Counted from the first letter of the whole stretch, positions 41,809-52,246 are shown. The stretch: 54,350 nt of DNA, filler included, from a bacterium (GCA_024278215.1; 2 parts of 2 records of this genome joined end to end with filler, not necessarily neighbours in it); one strand, 5' to 3'. Made by a program: numbers and translations. Notes: a model not told the origin generated them from the sequence alone.

Positions 41809-42621
41809 TTAACGCGGCATTGAATCCTGTAGATACGATATACCTCTTTGTTTTGCCGCCGCGAGACTCGAGAATTGCTTATCACAGACATCGCTGAATC
41901 CGGCAAGTGTTTTTCGACTGATCGACTCCTGATCTTCGAAAATTGCGAGACTCAGAAAAGAAAACCCCCATTTTTTAAACTTGTGCAGAGCAGTAGTCGC
42001 ATCCCGAACGCGGTCGTCGTCAGGCAGGGCAAATATTAAAATCGGTCGATCAATCCCTTTAACGTAACAATCGACAGTGAACATACCGTGCGGGTCGTGC
42101 GCAGGGTGGCTCCAGTCGAAAGCCCGCAGGTCTTCGGGTATGTTTTCTGTCATGAGTTCCTGAAAATCATCAATGAAAGTCGAGCGACCGCGTTCTCTTG
42201 AAAGATTAGAGACACCCGCAATTTTCAGAAGGGCCTGCGCGAAAGAGTACAGAGCGTCGCCGTAATTATTCTCGCTTATTCGAAGAAACAACTCACCGTC
42301 CCGGTCTTCGACCTTGAATGCGGACAGAGCGTTCGCAATAATTTTCTGTCGTGTCCCCTTATGTATATCTTTATCGTCGTTGTCATAAGTGAGATGCATA
42401 TATGTCTGGACTTCCCGGCTATCGAATTCTTCACAATCTATCCCGTATTTACTGACTTTATACTGGATAATCCTCTTTGTTGTTCCGAGAATACGTGCCG
42501 CCGCAGACTGATTGCCGCCTGTTTTTTCAAGTGCTTTTTTGATAATATCTCGCTCGAAAGCCGACACACTGTCTTTCAGTGTGCCGGCCCCCAAGGAGAT
42601 GAAAAAGGTTCTGTCTTCCAT
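41809..42621 (-). CDS. Chimeric protein: Fis-type HTH fused to a DUF1828/DUF1829-like region
   Basis: N-terminal FERDIIKKALEKTGGNQSAAARILG...YKVSKYGI; remainder (YGDALYSFAQALLKI...FTVDCY...AIFEDQE...FSDVCDKQFSSL) recalls DUF1828/1829 proteins. Confidence 0.6.
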   Translation of the reverse strand: MEDRTFFISLGAGTLKDSVSAFERDIIKKALEKTGGNQSAAARILGTTKRIIQYKVSKYGIDCEEFDSREVQTYMHLTYDNDDKDIHKGTRQKIIANALSAFKVEDRDGELFLRISENNYGDALYSFAQALLKIAGVSNLSRERGRSTFIDDFQELMTENIPEDLRAFDWSHPAHDPHGMFTVDCYVKGIDRPILIFALPDDDRVRDATTALHKFKKWGFSFLSLAIFEDQESISRKTLAGFSDVCDKQFSSLAAAKQRGISYLQDSMPR

Positions 42622-42629
42622 AATGAATA

Positions 42630-42971
42630 TTACCCGATAGCTTCCGAGTCGGTTTCACCTGTTCTTATGCGTATGCACTCGAGCAGATCGGTAACGAAAA
42701 TCTTGCCGTCACCGATATTGTTGGTCTTCGCGCCCTCGATGATTGCGTTGACTGTCTTCTTAACAAAATCATCATTCACTCCAATATCAATTCTGATTTT
42801 CTTCAGTAGATTGATCTCGGAGATGACCCCTCGGTAGGTGGTCGTGTATCCGCCCTGCTGTCCACAACCGAGCGCGTTGGTAACAGACATTTTTTGTACT
42901 TCCGCTTTGAAAAGCGCTTTTTTAACATCCCTGAGTTTCTCAGGTCTTATATATGCCGTAATCAGTTTCAT
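42630..42971 (-). CDS. glnK: Nitrogen regulatory protein P-II
   Basis: [19 protein letters not shown] and IRIRTGE motifs; directly after amtB. Confidence 0.93.
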   Translation of the reverse strand: MKLITAYIRPEKLRDVKKALFKAEVQKMSVTNALGCGQQGGYTTTYRGVISEINLLKKIRIDIGVNDDFVKKTVNAIIEGAKTNNIGDGKIFVTDLLECIRIRTGETDSEAIG

Positions 42972-43001
42972 TGCTTGTTCCTCCTCGAAATAGTTTGCGC
43001 A

Positions 43002-44363
43002 TTACTGAAGTGTAAATATCTGGAAACCATCGTACGATTCCATGCCGTGCTCCTCGATGTCCAGCCCCCTGAGTTCTTCTTCCCTTGACACCCGCAGGCC
43101 GTTGAAAGCTTTAATGGCGTAGAAAAGCGCAAACCCGGTAACCATGCACCACGCGAATACGGAGACCACACCAAGAGCCTGGATACCCAGGAGTTTCGCG
43201 CCGCCGCCGAAGAAAAGTCCACCTTCCGTGGCGAACAGGCCGATAGATAGTGTTCCCCACGTTCCGCATACTCCGTGTACTGCTACTGCGCCGACCGGAT
43301 CGTCAATTTTCAGGACCCGATCAATGAAAATAACAGCGAATACAACCAGTACGCCCGCAACCAGTCCGATCAGCAGCGCGCTGCCTATCCCCACGAATGC
43401 GCAGGGCGCTGTTATGGCGACCAGACCGGCCAGAACACCGTTCAGCGACATGCTCACATCGGCTTTACCGAATAATTTCCAGGCGGTAAACATCGCACTG
43501 AGCGCGCCCGCCGCGGCGGCAATGTTGGTGGTGACGGCAATGTGGCTTATACTCGGGATCGCCTCCATCGTGCTTCCCGGATTGAACCCGAACCAGCCGA
43601 ACCAGAGGATGAAAACCCCCAGGCCGGCGAGTAGTATATTATGTCCCGGAATAGCATTTGATTTGCCGTTCGTATATTTGCCGATCCTCGGGCCCAGCAC
43701 AATAGCGCCCGTGAGACCCAGCCATGCTCCGGTCGAGTGGACGACAGTGGAACCGGCGAAATCAAGCATTCCCAGGTTGCCCAGCCAGCCTCCGCCCCAT
43801 ATCCAGTGCCCGATAACCGGGTATATGACTGCCGATATGACAAGACTGTAAATAATATAGGATGAATACTTCGTTCTGCCTGCCATGGCGCCTGATACAA
43901 TCGTGGCAGCCGTCGCGCAGAATACGAGCTGAAAGAAATATTTCAATTGCAATCCTACAGGCGACCAGGAAAGCGAAGCAAAAGTTGCATCGGACGTCGC
44001 CTTGAGAAAAAATCCGCTGAGTCCCACAAAACCATTCCCGGCACCGAACATCAAACCGAAACCTACTATCCAGAAAGCGATACTGCCCACACAAAAGTCG
44101 ACGAGATTCTTCATGAGAATATTCCCGGCATTTTTCGCCTGGTTGAAACCCGCCTCGACCATAGCGAAACCCGCCTGCATGAACATGACCAGCACTCCCG
44201 CCAGCAACACCCATACCGTGTCGATAGCGAGTTTTGTTGTCTTTATCGCTTCCGCGTTACCGGCTATAGTCGGCTCGGGGTTTTCAGCAGCAAACAGTAC
44301 TATCGGCAATACAACAACAAATAATAAAAGCATTACGCTTATAAATCTTTTCCTGAAAATCAT
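43002..44363 (-). CDS. amtB: Ammonium transporter
   Basis: FMQAGFAMVE, DFAGSTVVH, WFGWFGFN and DDPVGAVAVH motifs. Confidence 0.97.
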   Translation of the reverse strand: MIFRKRFISVMLLLFVVVLPIVLFAAENPEPTIAGNAEAIKTTKLAIDTVWVLLAGVLVMFMQAGFAMVEAGFNQAKNAGNILMKNLVDFCVGSIAFWIVGFGLMFGAGNGFVGLSGFFLKATSDATFASLSWSPVGLQLKYFFQLVFCATAATIVSGAMAGRTKYSSYIIYSLVISAVIYPVIGHWIWGGGWLGNLGMLDFAGSTVVHSTGAWLGLTGAIVLGPRIGKYTNGKSNAIPGHNILLAGLGVFILWFGWFGFNPGSTMEAIPSISHIAVTTNIAAAAGALSAMFTAWKLFGKADVSMSLNGVLAGLVAITAPCAFVGIGSALLIGLVAGVLVVFAVIFIDRVLKIDDPVGAVAVHGVCGTWGTLSIGLFATEGGLFFGGGAKLLGIQALGVVSVFAWCMVTGFALFYAIKAFNGLRVSREEELRGLDIEEHGMESYDGFQIFTLQ

Positions 44364-44419
44364 TCTTCAACCCTCCTCAAAGGTTTTAATGTTTAACTCG
44401 CATATTTCACCAATGCGGG

Positions 44420-45154
44420 TTAAAGGCTGAACCCGAAGTCCAGTCCGGCCCAGAATTCGTTGTCGGTGTTTACTGCGTCTTCCGGCGTTATGATGTAGTT
44501 TATTGACGGCGTGATTTCGACGGAACCTGCCGCGAACGTCATGGAAAGGCCAAGATCAATATCGCTGATTCCACTTTTGCTGATCCACTGGCTGTCGTTG
44601 TAGCCCAGCCCGAGACTGAGCGAAAGAGCCGGCGCGCTCTCATCTGTGAAAATGAAATCATAGCTTCCGCCCAGGAATATATATGTCCCGTCTCCGTCCT
44701 CCCAATCGTTATAAAAAGTAAGCGATGGACTCATGAACGCTTCCGGAAACGCAAAGCCGATGAACGCTTCCCTCGACTCTGTCTGGGCTTCCGCGGCAGA
44801 AACGACACTGGGAAATGTATATAAGGTATAGCCCGCCGACATTTCGAGAGATTCCGTTACCTGGCCGGACCAGCTCAACGTGTAGTCCAGCTCATCGAGT
44901 TGTGAATCGGAGTCCTGGGCATAAGAACCCCATATATCGAGGGCTATCCCCTTACCGGTGTCGATGGAAATACCACCCTGTATGGCTGGTTCGCCGCTTG
45001 GGGCGAGGTCGAAACCTCTCCATATATATTTTGTAACGTACGTAATGTTTCCCGACGTTGAAACCTCCGCCAGTGCCTTGTGAGATGTAATTCCTCCGAG
45101 TAGTACTGCTACTGCCATAGCGATGAATGTTCCTTTCTTTATTGCTGATACCAT
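44420..45154 (-). CDS. TorF-like putative porin
   Basis: Signal peptide, TKYIWRG, PAIQGG, ELDYTL and aromatic C-terminus; AAGGAGG RBS before ATG 45154; lies upstream of amtB. Confidence 0.75.
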   Translation of the reverse strand: MVSAIKKGTFIAMAVAVLLGGITSHKALAEVSTSGNITYVTKYIWRGFDLAPSGEPAIQGGISIDTGKGIALDIWGSYAQDSDSQLDELDYTLSWSGQVTESLEMSAGYTLYTFPSVVSAAEAQTESREAFIGFAFPEAFMSPSLTFYNDWEDGDGTYIFLGGSYDFIFTDESAPALSLSLGLGYNDSQWISKSGISDIDLGLSMTFAAGSVEITPSINYIITPEDAVNTDNEFWAGLDFGFSL

Positions 45155-45208
45155 TGATGGCACCTCCTTGTTTTTTTGCAGCCTCGCTTTAGCTGCAAAA
45201 CCATAGAG

Positions 45209-45225
45209 AGCAATATAGATGCCAA
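45209..45225 (-). promoter_or_regulatory. Sigma54 (-24/-12) promoter of the porin-amtB-glnK operon
   Basis: TTGGCATCTATATTGCT: GG-N10-GC, about 55 bp upstream of the porin start. Confidence 0.8.
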
Positions 45226-45611
45226 AGCGGATAAAATAGAGATATCCAATCAAGGATTATTTGATAATATTTTGTTTATCTGCGATTGTGTTTTAATCTG
45301 CTGAATAAAAAGGCCTGTTATGGGCGTGTTTTTTATCGCATACAATAATATTTCATCGTGAGTAAGCAAACAGAGAATTTTACTGGTTTTTGGAAAATAT
45401 TATTTTCTGATGGAAAAAGGGTTGGAAGAATACTTGCGAATACGATACCGCATTGTATTGTTATCGCTTGACGCAACAATTATGTGCCGCGCCGGGCCGT
45501 TTCTGATTGTTGCAGGAACATATTCATGATTACAATCGAAGGGCATGTAGCTGTAAATGTATGTTGAAAAGTCAAAAATGGATTTCCGTTGCGGGGTGGA
45601 AACCAGGGCAA

Positions 45612-47831
45612 TCAATTTTCGACGAGTTGCATGCCGTCGTCGTCGGGTGCGTCGGTTGAGATGAAGACGAATTCTTTTGAGGGGCAGTTTTCGGGCAGCG
45701 CTTCGGGGCGGTCGCAGCGTTTATTGAGCGGGACGGGGTCGACGACGCCGGGCACCATGGATGCGAGGGGCACTGTGCCGTCTTCGGCGGGGACTTCGAT
45801 CTGCACGGCGGCCATTTCCGTGGTGCGTGGCAGGCGGAAGTCGCGGACGGCGAGTTCCGCGTGAGCGGCTTTCATGAATCGGCCCCAGGTGGGTGCGGGT
45901 ATCGAGCCGCCGGCGACGCCCCAGCCTATGGGTTTGCCTTTGACGAGGTTGCGCATTGGAGAATTGTCGTCGTTGCCGAACCATACTACTGTGGCGATCT
46001 GTGGTGTGAAACCGGCGAACCATGCGTCGCGATAGTCGCTTGTGGTGCCGGTTTTGCCTGCGGCGGGGCGACCGATGCGTGCTTTGCGGCCTGTGCCTGA
46101 TTGTATGACTTCTTCGAGCGCGGGCACGATGCGGGCGATTACGTTGTCGTCGACAACTTTCTTCCCTGATTTATATTGTTTCTGATAGATGATCTGGTCG
46201 TCGGGGCCTGTGATTTTGAGGATGGCGTTGGGTTCGATACGGTAGCCGCCGTTGGCTATGGCGGAGTAGGCGGTGACGAGTTCGAGTGGGGTGAGTTCGT
46301 AGGTGCCGAGCGGCATGGCCGGTTCGGGGCGCAGTGTGCTGGTGATGCCGAGGCTGCGGGCGGTAGCGACGACGTTTTCGAGACCGGCGAGGTGGCCCAC
46401 CTTGACGGCGGGCACGTTGCGTGAGAGTCTGAGCGCGTCGAAGAGGCTGATTTCGCCTTTGTATTTTTTATCGTAGTTGTGCGGGCAGTAGTCTTCGCGA
46501 TAAGCTTCGAAGCATGTTTTTTCGTCGAGAAGAGTGCTGTCGAGCGGGTAACCCTGCGCGATGGCGGTCATGTAGACGAAGGGTTTGAAAGCGGAACCCG
46601 GCTGGCGCATCGCCTGCCATACGCGGTTGAATTTCGAGTCTTTGAAATCCGCGCCGCCTACCATGGCGAGTATGTCGCCGGTCTGCGGCTGGAGGGCGAT
46701 GATCGCGCCCTGTGTAACATTGGCATTGCGTTTTTTTACAAGGCTCATGCCGTAATCTATGGCTTCTTCAGCTTCCTTCTGTTTCTTCATGTCGATTGTG
46801 GTGTATATGTTGTAGCCGTTGCGGTATAGCTGGTTGGAGTTGAACTTGAAGGGGCCGTCCTGGTCCTGGAGCATGTCGATGACGTAGGTGACGAAGTAGG
46901 GTGCCTTATAGTTTTCATAGGCGGGGCCGTTGAGTTTCGCCAGGTGGAACTTTTCATTTTCTGCGGCCTTGCACTGTTCTTCGGTGATGAAATTGAGTTC
47001 ACGCATTTTCATCAGCACAGTGTCGCGCCGCTTTTTCGCGGCATCGGGATGGAAGTAGGGCGTGTAGTGTGAGGGCGCTTTTGTCAGGGCGGCGATCATG
47101 GCGTCTTCGCCTATTGTGAGGTCGTCGAGGTCTTTGCCGAAATATATCCACGCGGCGGTTTTCACACCGTGCGCGCCGTGCCCGAGATATATAAGGTTCA
47201 GATAGTTCTCGAGTATCTCGTCTTTCGAGTATTTCTTTTCGAGCATGAGCGACAGGGATATCTCGCGGACTTTGCGGATGAGTTTGTCCCGCATACCGTT
47301 TTCCATGTGTAGTTCCTGCGCGAGGAACATGTTGCGTGCGAGTTGTTGCGTGATGGTGCTGGCGCCGTGCCGTTTGGAGCCGCCGGTTTTCGCGAACAGG
47401 TACAGCGCGCGGCCCAGGCCCTCGAAGTCGAAGCCCTTGTGCTGGTAGAAGCGTTCGTCCTCGATAGCTATGAAAGCCATCTTCAGGTTGTCGGGGATTT
47501 CATTATATTTAACGTATTCGCGGTTTTCCTCGTAGAGCTCGGCAAGCAGTTCGCCGTCGGAGGCGAAAATGCGGGTGGTCTGCATCGTGGCCGGAATAGT
47601 AAGTTTATAAGCGGAAGGCAGATTTTCAGTATAGTTTGCAACGAGTTTGAAGGCGACTGCTGTGCCGGCGATGAGCGCCACGGTAGTGATCGCGCACAGC
47701 CATGCCAGTATAACGAATGGTCTGAAGCGGAATCTTCCGCGCGGCTTTTGCGTGGAATTTCCAGTGCTGTTGTCCGTGCCGACTGCGGGGGTTGCAGACA
47801 CAGCGTTTTTCCATTTCAGTCGTTTTCTCAT
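45612..47831 (-). CDS. Class A penicillin-binding protein (PBP1A-like)
   Basis: Transglycosylase EDERF and GASTITQQL; transpeptidase SAFK, SRN and KTG motifs. Confidence 0.95.
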   Translation of the reverse strand: MRKRLKWKNAVSATPAVGTDNSTGNSTQKPRGRFRFRPFVILAWLCAITTVALIAGTAVAFKLVANYTENLPSAYKLTIPATMQTTRIFASDGELLAELYEENREYVKYNEIPDNLKMAFIAIEDERFYQHKGFDFEGLGRALYLFAKTGGSKRHGASTITQQLARNMFLAQELHMENGMRDKLIRKVREISLSLMLEKKYSKDEILENYLNLIYLGHGAHGVKTAAWIYFGKDLDDLTIGEDAMIAALTKAPSHYTPYFHPDAAKKRRDTVLMKMRELNFITEEQCKAAENEKFHLAKLNGPAYENYKAPYFVTYVIDMLQDQDGPFKFNSNQLYRNGYNIYTTIDMKKQKEAEEAIDYGMSLVKKRNANVTQGAIIALQPQTGDILAMVGGADFKDSKFNRVWQAMRQPGSAFKPFVYMTAIAQGYPLDSTLLDEKTCFEAYREDYCPHNYDKKYKGEISLFDALRLSRNVPAVKVGHLAGLENVVATARSLGITSTLRPEPAMPLGTYELTPLELVTAYSAIANGGYRIEPNAILKITGPDDQIIYQKQYKSGKKVVDDNVIARIVPALEEVIQSGTGRKARIGRPAAGKTGTTSDYRDAWFAGFTPQIATVVWFGNDDNSPMRNLVKGKPIGWGVAGGSIPAPTWGRFMKAAHAELAVRDFRLPRTTEMAAVQIEVPAEDGTVPLASMVPGVVDPVPLNKRCDRPEALPENCPSKEFVFISTDAPDDDGMQLVEN

Positions 47832-48092
47832 CTTGTTTGCTCTTCCTTCTATCGAGTTTGCCCGGCTTCTATAGTTCTACCGGACAATAGATCAATTACC
47901 TTGCCATCTTCATATCCAGACTTTTACAATCATTAATAAAATCCATATAAATAAGGGATTTTTTTACTAAAATAATTTTTAGCGGTATTTACCGGGCTAA
48001 ACAACAGTTATCCAGTGTGGAAAGTTTGTGTCGGTATTGACACGTGTATGTGTAAAAAATGCAACGGGGGCAACGGTGGGCAGAGAATAATA

Positions 48093-48168
48093 TGGTGAAA
48101 TGCGGAAACGTCCGGCTTATTGGTTCCCACCGGGGACGGCGGGAACCAGTAAACCGCATATTTCGCCA
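48093..48168. terminator. Long stem-loop just downstream of the thiolase/DUF35 operon
   Basis: TGGTGAAAT-GCGG...TTATTGGTTCCC/GGGAACCAGTAA...CCGC-ATATTTCGCCA. Confidence 0.45.
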
Positions 48169-48184
48169 ATGCGGGCCAAAAATG

Positions 48185-48655
48185 TCAGAGCACCGGCTCG
48201 AAGTGGTCGATATCGAGGATAGTGTTTGTCGGTTCGCTGGAGAAAACAGCTTTCACTTCCATGCCGATCTCGACATTTTCGGGCTGTACCATCTCGAGGA
48301 CATGAGGTATGGCGGTGTCAGCGCCGTCGAGTTTTATCATCGCCAGTATATAGGGCGCTTTTCGCGGCCTGTGTTTATCGTCTTTGTGAACTATTGTAAA
48401 ATTCGTCACCACGCCCGTATTGCCCAGCATCACCCATTTGTCGCCGAGGTCTTCGAAATCCTTCTCGCACACCTGTCGCGGCGGCACATAGACCTTGCCG
48501 CATGTGTCGCACCGCACGCCGAGTATCTCCCTCTTGTCCCTGAGCGCGATGAGGAACTTGCTGCCCACTGTGCCCGCGAAATACTGATAGGGCAGTGCAA
48601 GTTTTCCGTCGACCACGTAAGCGTCTTTATATTTTTCACCTTTATCCTGGTTCAT
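48185..48655 (-). CDS. DUF35 Zn-ribbon/OB-fold protein
   Basis: CDTC...YVPPRQVC, G.VTNFT and IGMEVKAVF motifs. Start at ATG 48655. Confidence 0.9.
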   Translation of the reverse strand: MNQDKGEKYKDAYVVDGKLALPYQYFAGTVGSKFLIALRDKREILGVRCDTCGKVYVPPRQVCEKDFEDLGDKWVMLGNTGVVTNFTIVHKDDKHRPRKAPYILAMIKLDGADTAIPHVLEMVQPENVEIGMEVKAVFSSEPTNTILDIDHFEPVL

Positions 48656-48696
48656 GTTTTTGCTCCCTTTAAGATCGCAGCCTGTCGCGTTTTCGT

Positions 48697-49857
48697 TTAC
48701 CGCACCTTTTCGAAATATTTTATGTCGAACAGATTGCCTGTGCGTTCCTCGGCCCACACGGGGCGTATCCTGTCGCCGCGTTTGAAGCTGTCCAGTTCGT
48801 CGGATTTGAGAAGGTGCCACATAGTTTCATTGCCCTCGCAACCGTCGAGCAGAATGATAGCGACACCATAAGGAGTTTCGCGGGTTTCGCCTGTGAGCGG
48901 GTCGGGGCTGGCGTAGTAGACATATTCGATCATGGTGATAACGCCCTCGGGGCCGACCTCGACGAATTCCTCGGCCCGGCAAACGCAAGCGGCGCATATC
49001 TCGCGCGGCGGCACCTGCCGCCGTCCACATTCAGGACACTTGTTCGCAAGTATTTTCTTCTCTTTTAAGCCCTTGAGAAATTTTCCCATCATCCGTCCTG
49101 TCGAATATTTCATGTCGACGGAAATCGTTTTTTTCAGCACGATAAGTTCGGGGCCGGAGCTTGCTTCGGGCGGTATGAATTTACTGAAAAGCTTCGGCAA
49201 TTTCTGAGCTGTTTCCATGTCGCCCTTCAGTTGCAGCCGTCCCGCGCCGATGGCCACGAGCGGGTCGAGTTTGCCGAGCATCAGGTCGACATAATCGCTC
49301 GCGCTCGCGATGTTCGTCACGGTGAGACCGTCGCGCAGTCCCTCTTCGAGTGCGCACTTTCCGTCTTTTATCACAGCGGTCCACTCGCCGCCGCCCTCGC
49401 CGGAAAGCTTGTAGCCTACCGTGATGTCGAGGTCCCCGGCCATGTCCGGGCGGAATCGCTCGACGGCGGTCGCGAGGATGTCGGCGGCGGTTATGCCCTT
49501 TTTCGGTGGCATATATTTTGTGAACATCATTGGTAACTTCATCAGGACGCTCATGTCGCCTTCGCCCTTAAGTTTGCCGGACGTGAACATCGCCGCACCG
49601 TCGAGTTGCCCGACAGCAACACCGACGAACGTTTCCGCGTCTGCTGACATCTTGGCGGTGAATCCGCCGAAATCGTCATCCTTTAATTTCTCGGTTTTCG
49701 ACGCGCCGTCTTTCACAGTGAGTTTCCAGCGCCCGCCGCCCGCGCCTGATATGTTGTAGGCGACAACGACATCGACGCCCTCCGCGCCTTCCGGCCGGAA
49801 GCGGCTGTCCTGTGTTCTGAATATATCTTCTACGGTAGTTCCGAAATATTCCGCCAT
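48697..49857 (-). CDS. Tandem SCP2-SCP2 plus DUF35 Zn-ribbon/OB-fold fusion protein
   Basis: Two copies of F.P....YxxSGxGGGxW...DG...GxLD......GxL...GDM, then CPEC...PPREIC and the OB fold. Confidence 0.85.
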   Translation of the reverse strand: MAEYFGTTVEDIFRTQDSRFRPEGAEGVDVVVAYNISGAGGGRWKLTVKDGASKTEKLKDDDFGGFTAKMSADAETFVGVAVGQLDGAAMFTSGKLKGEGDMSVLMKLPMMFTKYMPPKKGITAADILATAVERFRPDMAGDLDITVGYKLSGEGGGEWTAVIKDGKCALEEGLRDGLTVTNIASASDYVDLMLGKLDPLVAIGAGRLQLKGDMETAQKLPKLFSKFIPPEASSGPELIVLKKTISVDMKYSTGRMMGKFLKGLKEKKILANKCPECGRRQVPPREICAACVCRAEEFVEVGPEGVITMIEYVYYASPDPLTGETRETPYGVAIILLDGCEGNETMWHLLKSDELDSFKRGDRIRPVWAEERTGNLFDIKYFEKVR

Positions 49858-49866
49858 AGTGATCAC

Positions 49867-51069
49867 CTATTCCCAGTCAAGTTCTTTTTCGAGCATTACA
49901 AGAATCGTCCAGAGAGTGCCGCCGAAGCCGGAAGCGAGAGCGTGGTTGACATCGCCCGGCACCTGGTGGCCACCCGCGTCGCCGCGTATCTGGAGCGCGG
50001 CCTCGGCGACACGCACCATCGCGGTCGCGCCGATGGGATTCGCCGACACGACGCCGCCGGACGGACATATCGGCATCTTTCCCTCGATGCGGATATCTTC
50101 GTTTTCGACCATCCTTATATGTTCGTCGCCCTCGAGCAGGAAGAACTCGCGTATCCAGTCCATGCCCCACCACGACGACGGGTCGTACATCTCGAACACG
50201 TCGAAGTACTCGACAGGTTTGTCGATACCATTGCGCTCGAAAAGTTCGCGTGGCGCTTTCCTGTGAGTCGGTTCTTCCTTTTGGGACAGGTCCAGTGGAT
50301 ACATCCAGAGTGTTTCCTCGCGGTGAGTGGTCACGTGGTCGCGTATCCACACAGGCTTATCGCTGAGTTCTTTCGCTTTCTTTTCGCACGCGAAAATGAG
50401 AGCGCACGCACCGTCGCTCTGCGAGCACATGTGAATGAGGCGCAGGTCGCCGACGAGGCGCGGCGAGTTCTCCATCAGGTCTTCGAGCTGGTCCATCTCG
50501 AGACCGAAGCTGCGGTGCGAGTTGGGGTTGCGCGAAGCGTGCTGGTCCATGATAATGCGGTGTTTCATGGCGGCGCGGCGCGCGCGGTCTTCGCCGAATT
50601 CATTTATAACGTCCGCGGCGCAGGTGCCGGTGAGCGCGCCGGTCTGGAGCATGCGGCCCCAGAGGGGGTCGGCCATGTTCGTGATGCCGCCGGTTGTGTG
50701 TCCTTCCTGGAGTTTCTCGAACCCGACGGCGAGCACGATGTCGTACATTCCGGAAGCGACGAGGTTGTCCGCGGCGCAAACGAGTGTTATGCCCGTCGTG
50801 CCGCCGGTCGTGAGCCGGAACTCCGAGCAGCCGTATGCGCCGGTGCCGAGCACATGCCACAGGTCGGGTTGGTGGACCATCTCGAAAAGCTCCATGTTTC
50901 CGTGCATGAAGCAATCTATATCATCTTTTGTAAGGTTGGCGTCTTGCAGAGCGAGTTTCACCGCCTCGTTTATCATCTCAGGCTGGTTGACATCCTCGCG
51001 GTGGCTCGAGTACTGCGTCTGTCCGATGCCGATTATCGCTACATTTCTATTTTTCTTATTGGCAGCCAT
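49867..51069 (-). CDS. SCP-x/Ltp3-like thiolase-fold protein lacking the nucleophilic Cys
   Basis: VAIIGIGQT, SDGACA and CPSGG...NPIGAT motifs; TTGGTTG at the usual catalytic Cys position. Confidence 0.8.
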   Translation of the reverse strand: MAANKKNRNVAIIGIGQTQYSSHREDVNQPEMINEAVKLALQDANLTKDDIDCFMHGNMELFEMVHQPDLWHVLGTGAYGCSEFRLTTGGTTGITLVCAADNLVASGMYDIVLAVGFEKLQEGHTTGGITNMADPLWGRMLQTGALTGTCAADVINEFGEDRARRAAMKHRIIMDQHASRNPNSHRSFGLEMDQLEDLMENSPRLVGDLRLIHMCSQSDGACALIFACEKKAKELSDKPVWIRDHVTTHREETLWMYPLDLSQKEEPTHRKAPRELFERNGIDKPVEYFDVFEMYDPSSWWGMDWIREFFLLEGDEHIRMVENEDIRIEGKMPICPSGGVVSANPIGATAMVRVAEAALQIRGDAGGHQVPGDVNHALASGFGGTLWTILVMLEKELDWE

Positions 51070-51073
51070 TGTT

Positions 51074-52246
51074 TCACCTCCCCGCCCTGTCGTTTTCGAG
51101 CACAAGCACACTTTGCAACTGGCCCGCCGCGCCCGTGGTGCCGTTCGCGACGCCCCGCCGCGCGCCGGCCACCTGCCTTTCACCGGCGTCGCCGCGCAGT
51201 TGAATCACGAGTTCCGCGGCGCGTGCCAGTCCGCCCAGCATTATCGGATTCCCCGCGAGCATCCCGCCCGAAGGATTCACATTCATCTTCTCCATGCCGC
51301 CGCCGTCGATCCACTCGCCGCCCGCGCCGTCTGCGCAGAGGCCGACGCCCTCGGCCCACATCGGTAGCTGGTATGCCGCGGCGTCGTTGAGTTCCGCAAA
51401 ATCGAATTCCTTCGCAGGGTCCGTAACGCCGGCCATTCTGTATGCGAGTTTCGCGGCTTTTTTCAGAGGAAAGTTGGAAGCGAGGTCTTTGTCGCCGGGA
51501 AAGTAGCTGTCCATACAGTTACCGAATCCCGACACCCATACGGGTTTGCCGGTGAATTCCTTCACTCGATCTTCGCCTGCGATAAGCATGGCGATAGCCC
51601 CGTCGGATTGCGGGTAGATGTGGAGTTCGCGCAGCGGGTCGTAAGCCATCGGCGAGTTCATGACTTCTTCCATAGTGACTTCGTCGCGGGCGTTCGCTAC
51701 CGGGTTCTTCGCAGCGTTGCGCCTCGAGCGGACGACAACCTTCGCCAGATGCTCGTCCGTCACACCCGATTTTGCCATGTAGTCGCGGGCCTGGAGCGCG
51801 TTCAACGTCTCGAAATCGAGTCCTAGCGGGCGCAGGTAGAAGGGATCGAACGCAAGATTCGTGCACATGTTCCGGCTTTCCGCCTGGGATTCCTTGCAGT
51901 GGCCGACGAGGAGTATCAGGTCGTCGTGTCCTGAAAGGATGCAGGAGACCGCATAGGCGATGGCGTTTATACCGTCCATCGCGACCTTATCCTCGCCGCG
52001 GTTATGCGCGCCGACAGCGTCCTGTATCGCGTTGTTGGATATCGTTCTGGCGTCGAACACGTCGTCTGAAACAGTGACAATGCTTCTTATGCCTCCGTCG
52101 CCCGGTTTCTTACAGAACTTCACTCCAGTCTGCTCGAGGACCGGCTCGACGACATCGAAGCACATCTCCTGTATGCGCTTGTGCCATATAGCTTTCTCGA
52201 AAGGCAACTGTGCAACAGCACAGATAGCTGCTCTCTTTGCCGACAT
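51074..52246 (-). CDS. SCP-x/Ltp4-like thiolase-fold protein
   Basis: SDDVFDARTIS...EDKVAMDG, SDGAIA and VNPSGG..AGNPIMLGGL motifs. Confidence 0.8.
   Translation of the reverse strand: MSAKRAAICAVAQLPFEKAIWHKRIQEMCFDVVEPVLEQTGVKFCKKPGDGGIRSIVTVSDDVFDARTISNNAIQDAVGAHNRGEDKVAMDGINAIAYAVSCILSGHDDLILLVGHCKESQAESRNMCTNLAFDPFYLRPLGLDFETLNALQARDYMAKSGVTDEHLAKVVVRSRRNAAKNPVANARDEVTMEEVMNSPMAYDPLRELHIYPQSDGAIAMLIAGEDRVKEFTGKPVWVSGFGNCMDSYFPGDKDLASNFPLKKAAKLAYRMAGVTDPAKEFDFAELNDAAAYQLPMWAEGVGLCADGAGGEWIDGGGMEKMNVNPSGGMLAGNPIMLGGLARAAELVIQLRGDAGERQVAGARRGVANGTTGAAGQLQSVLVLENDRAGR

Noticed and set aside
42968..43222. 84-aa minus-strand ORF overlapping the amtB 3' end
   Set aside because: Alternate frame of amtB with no independent support.
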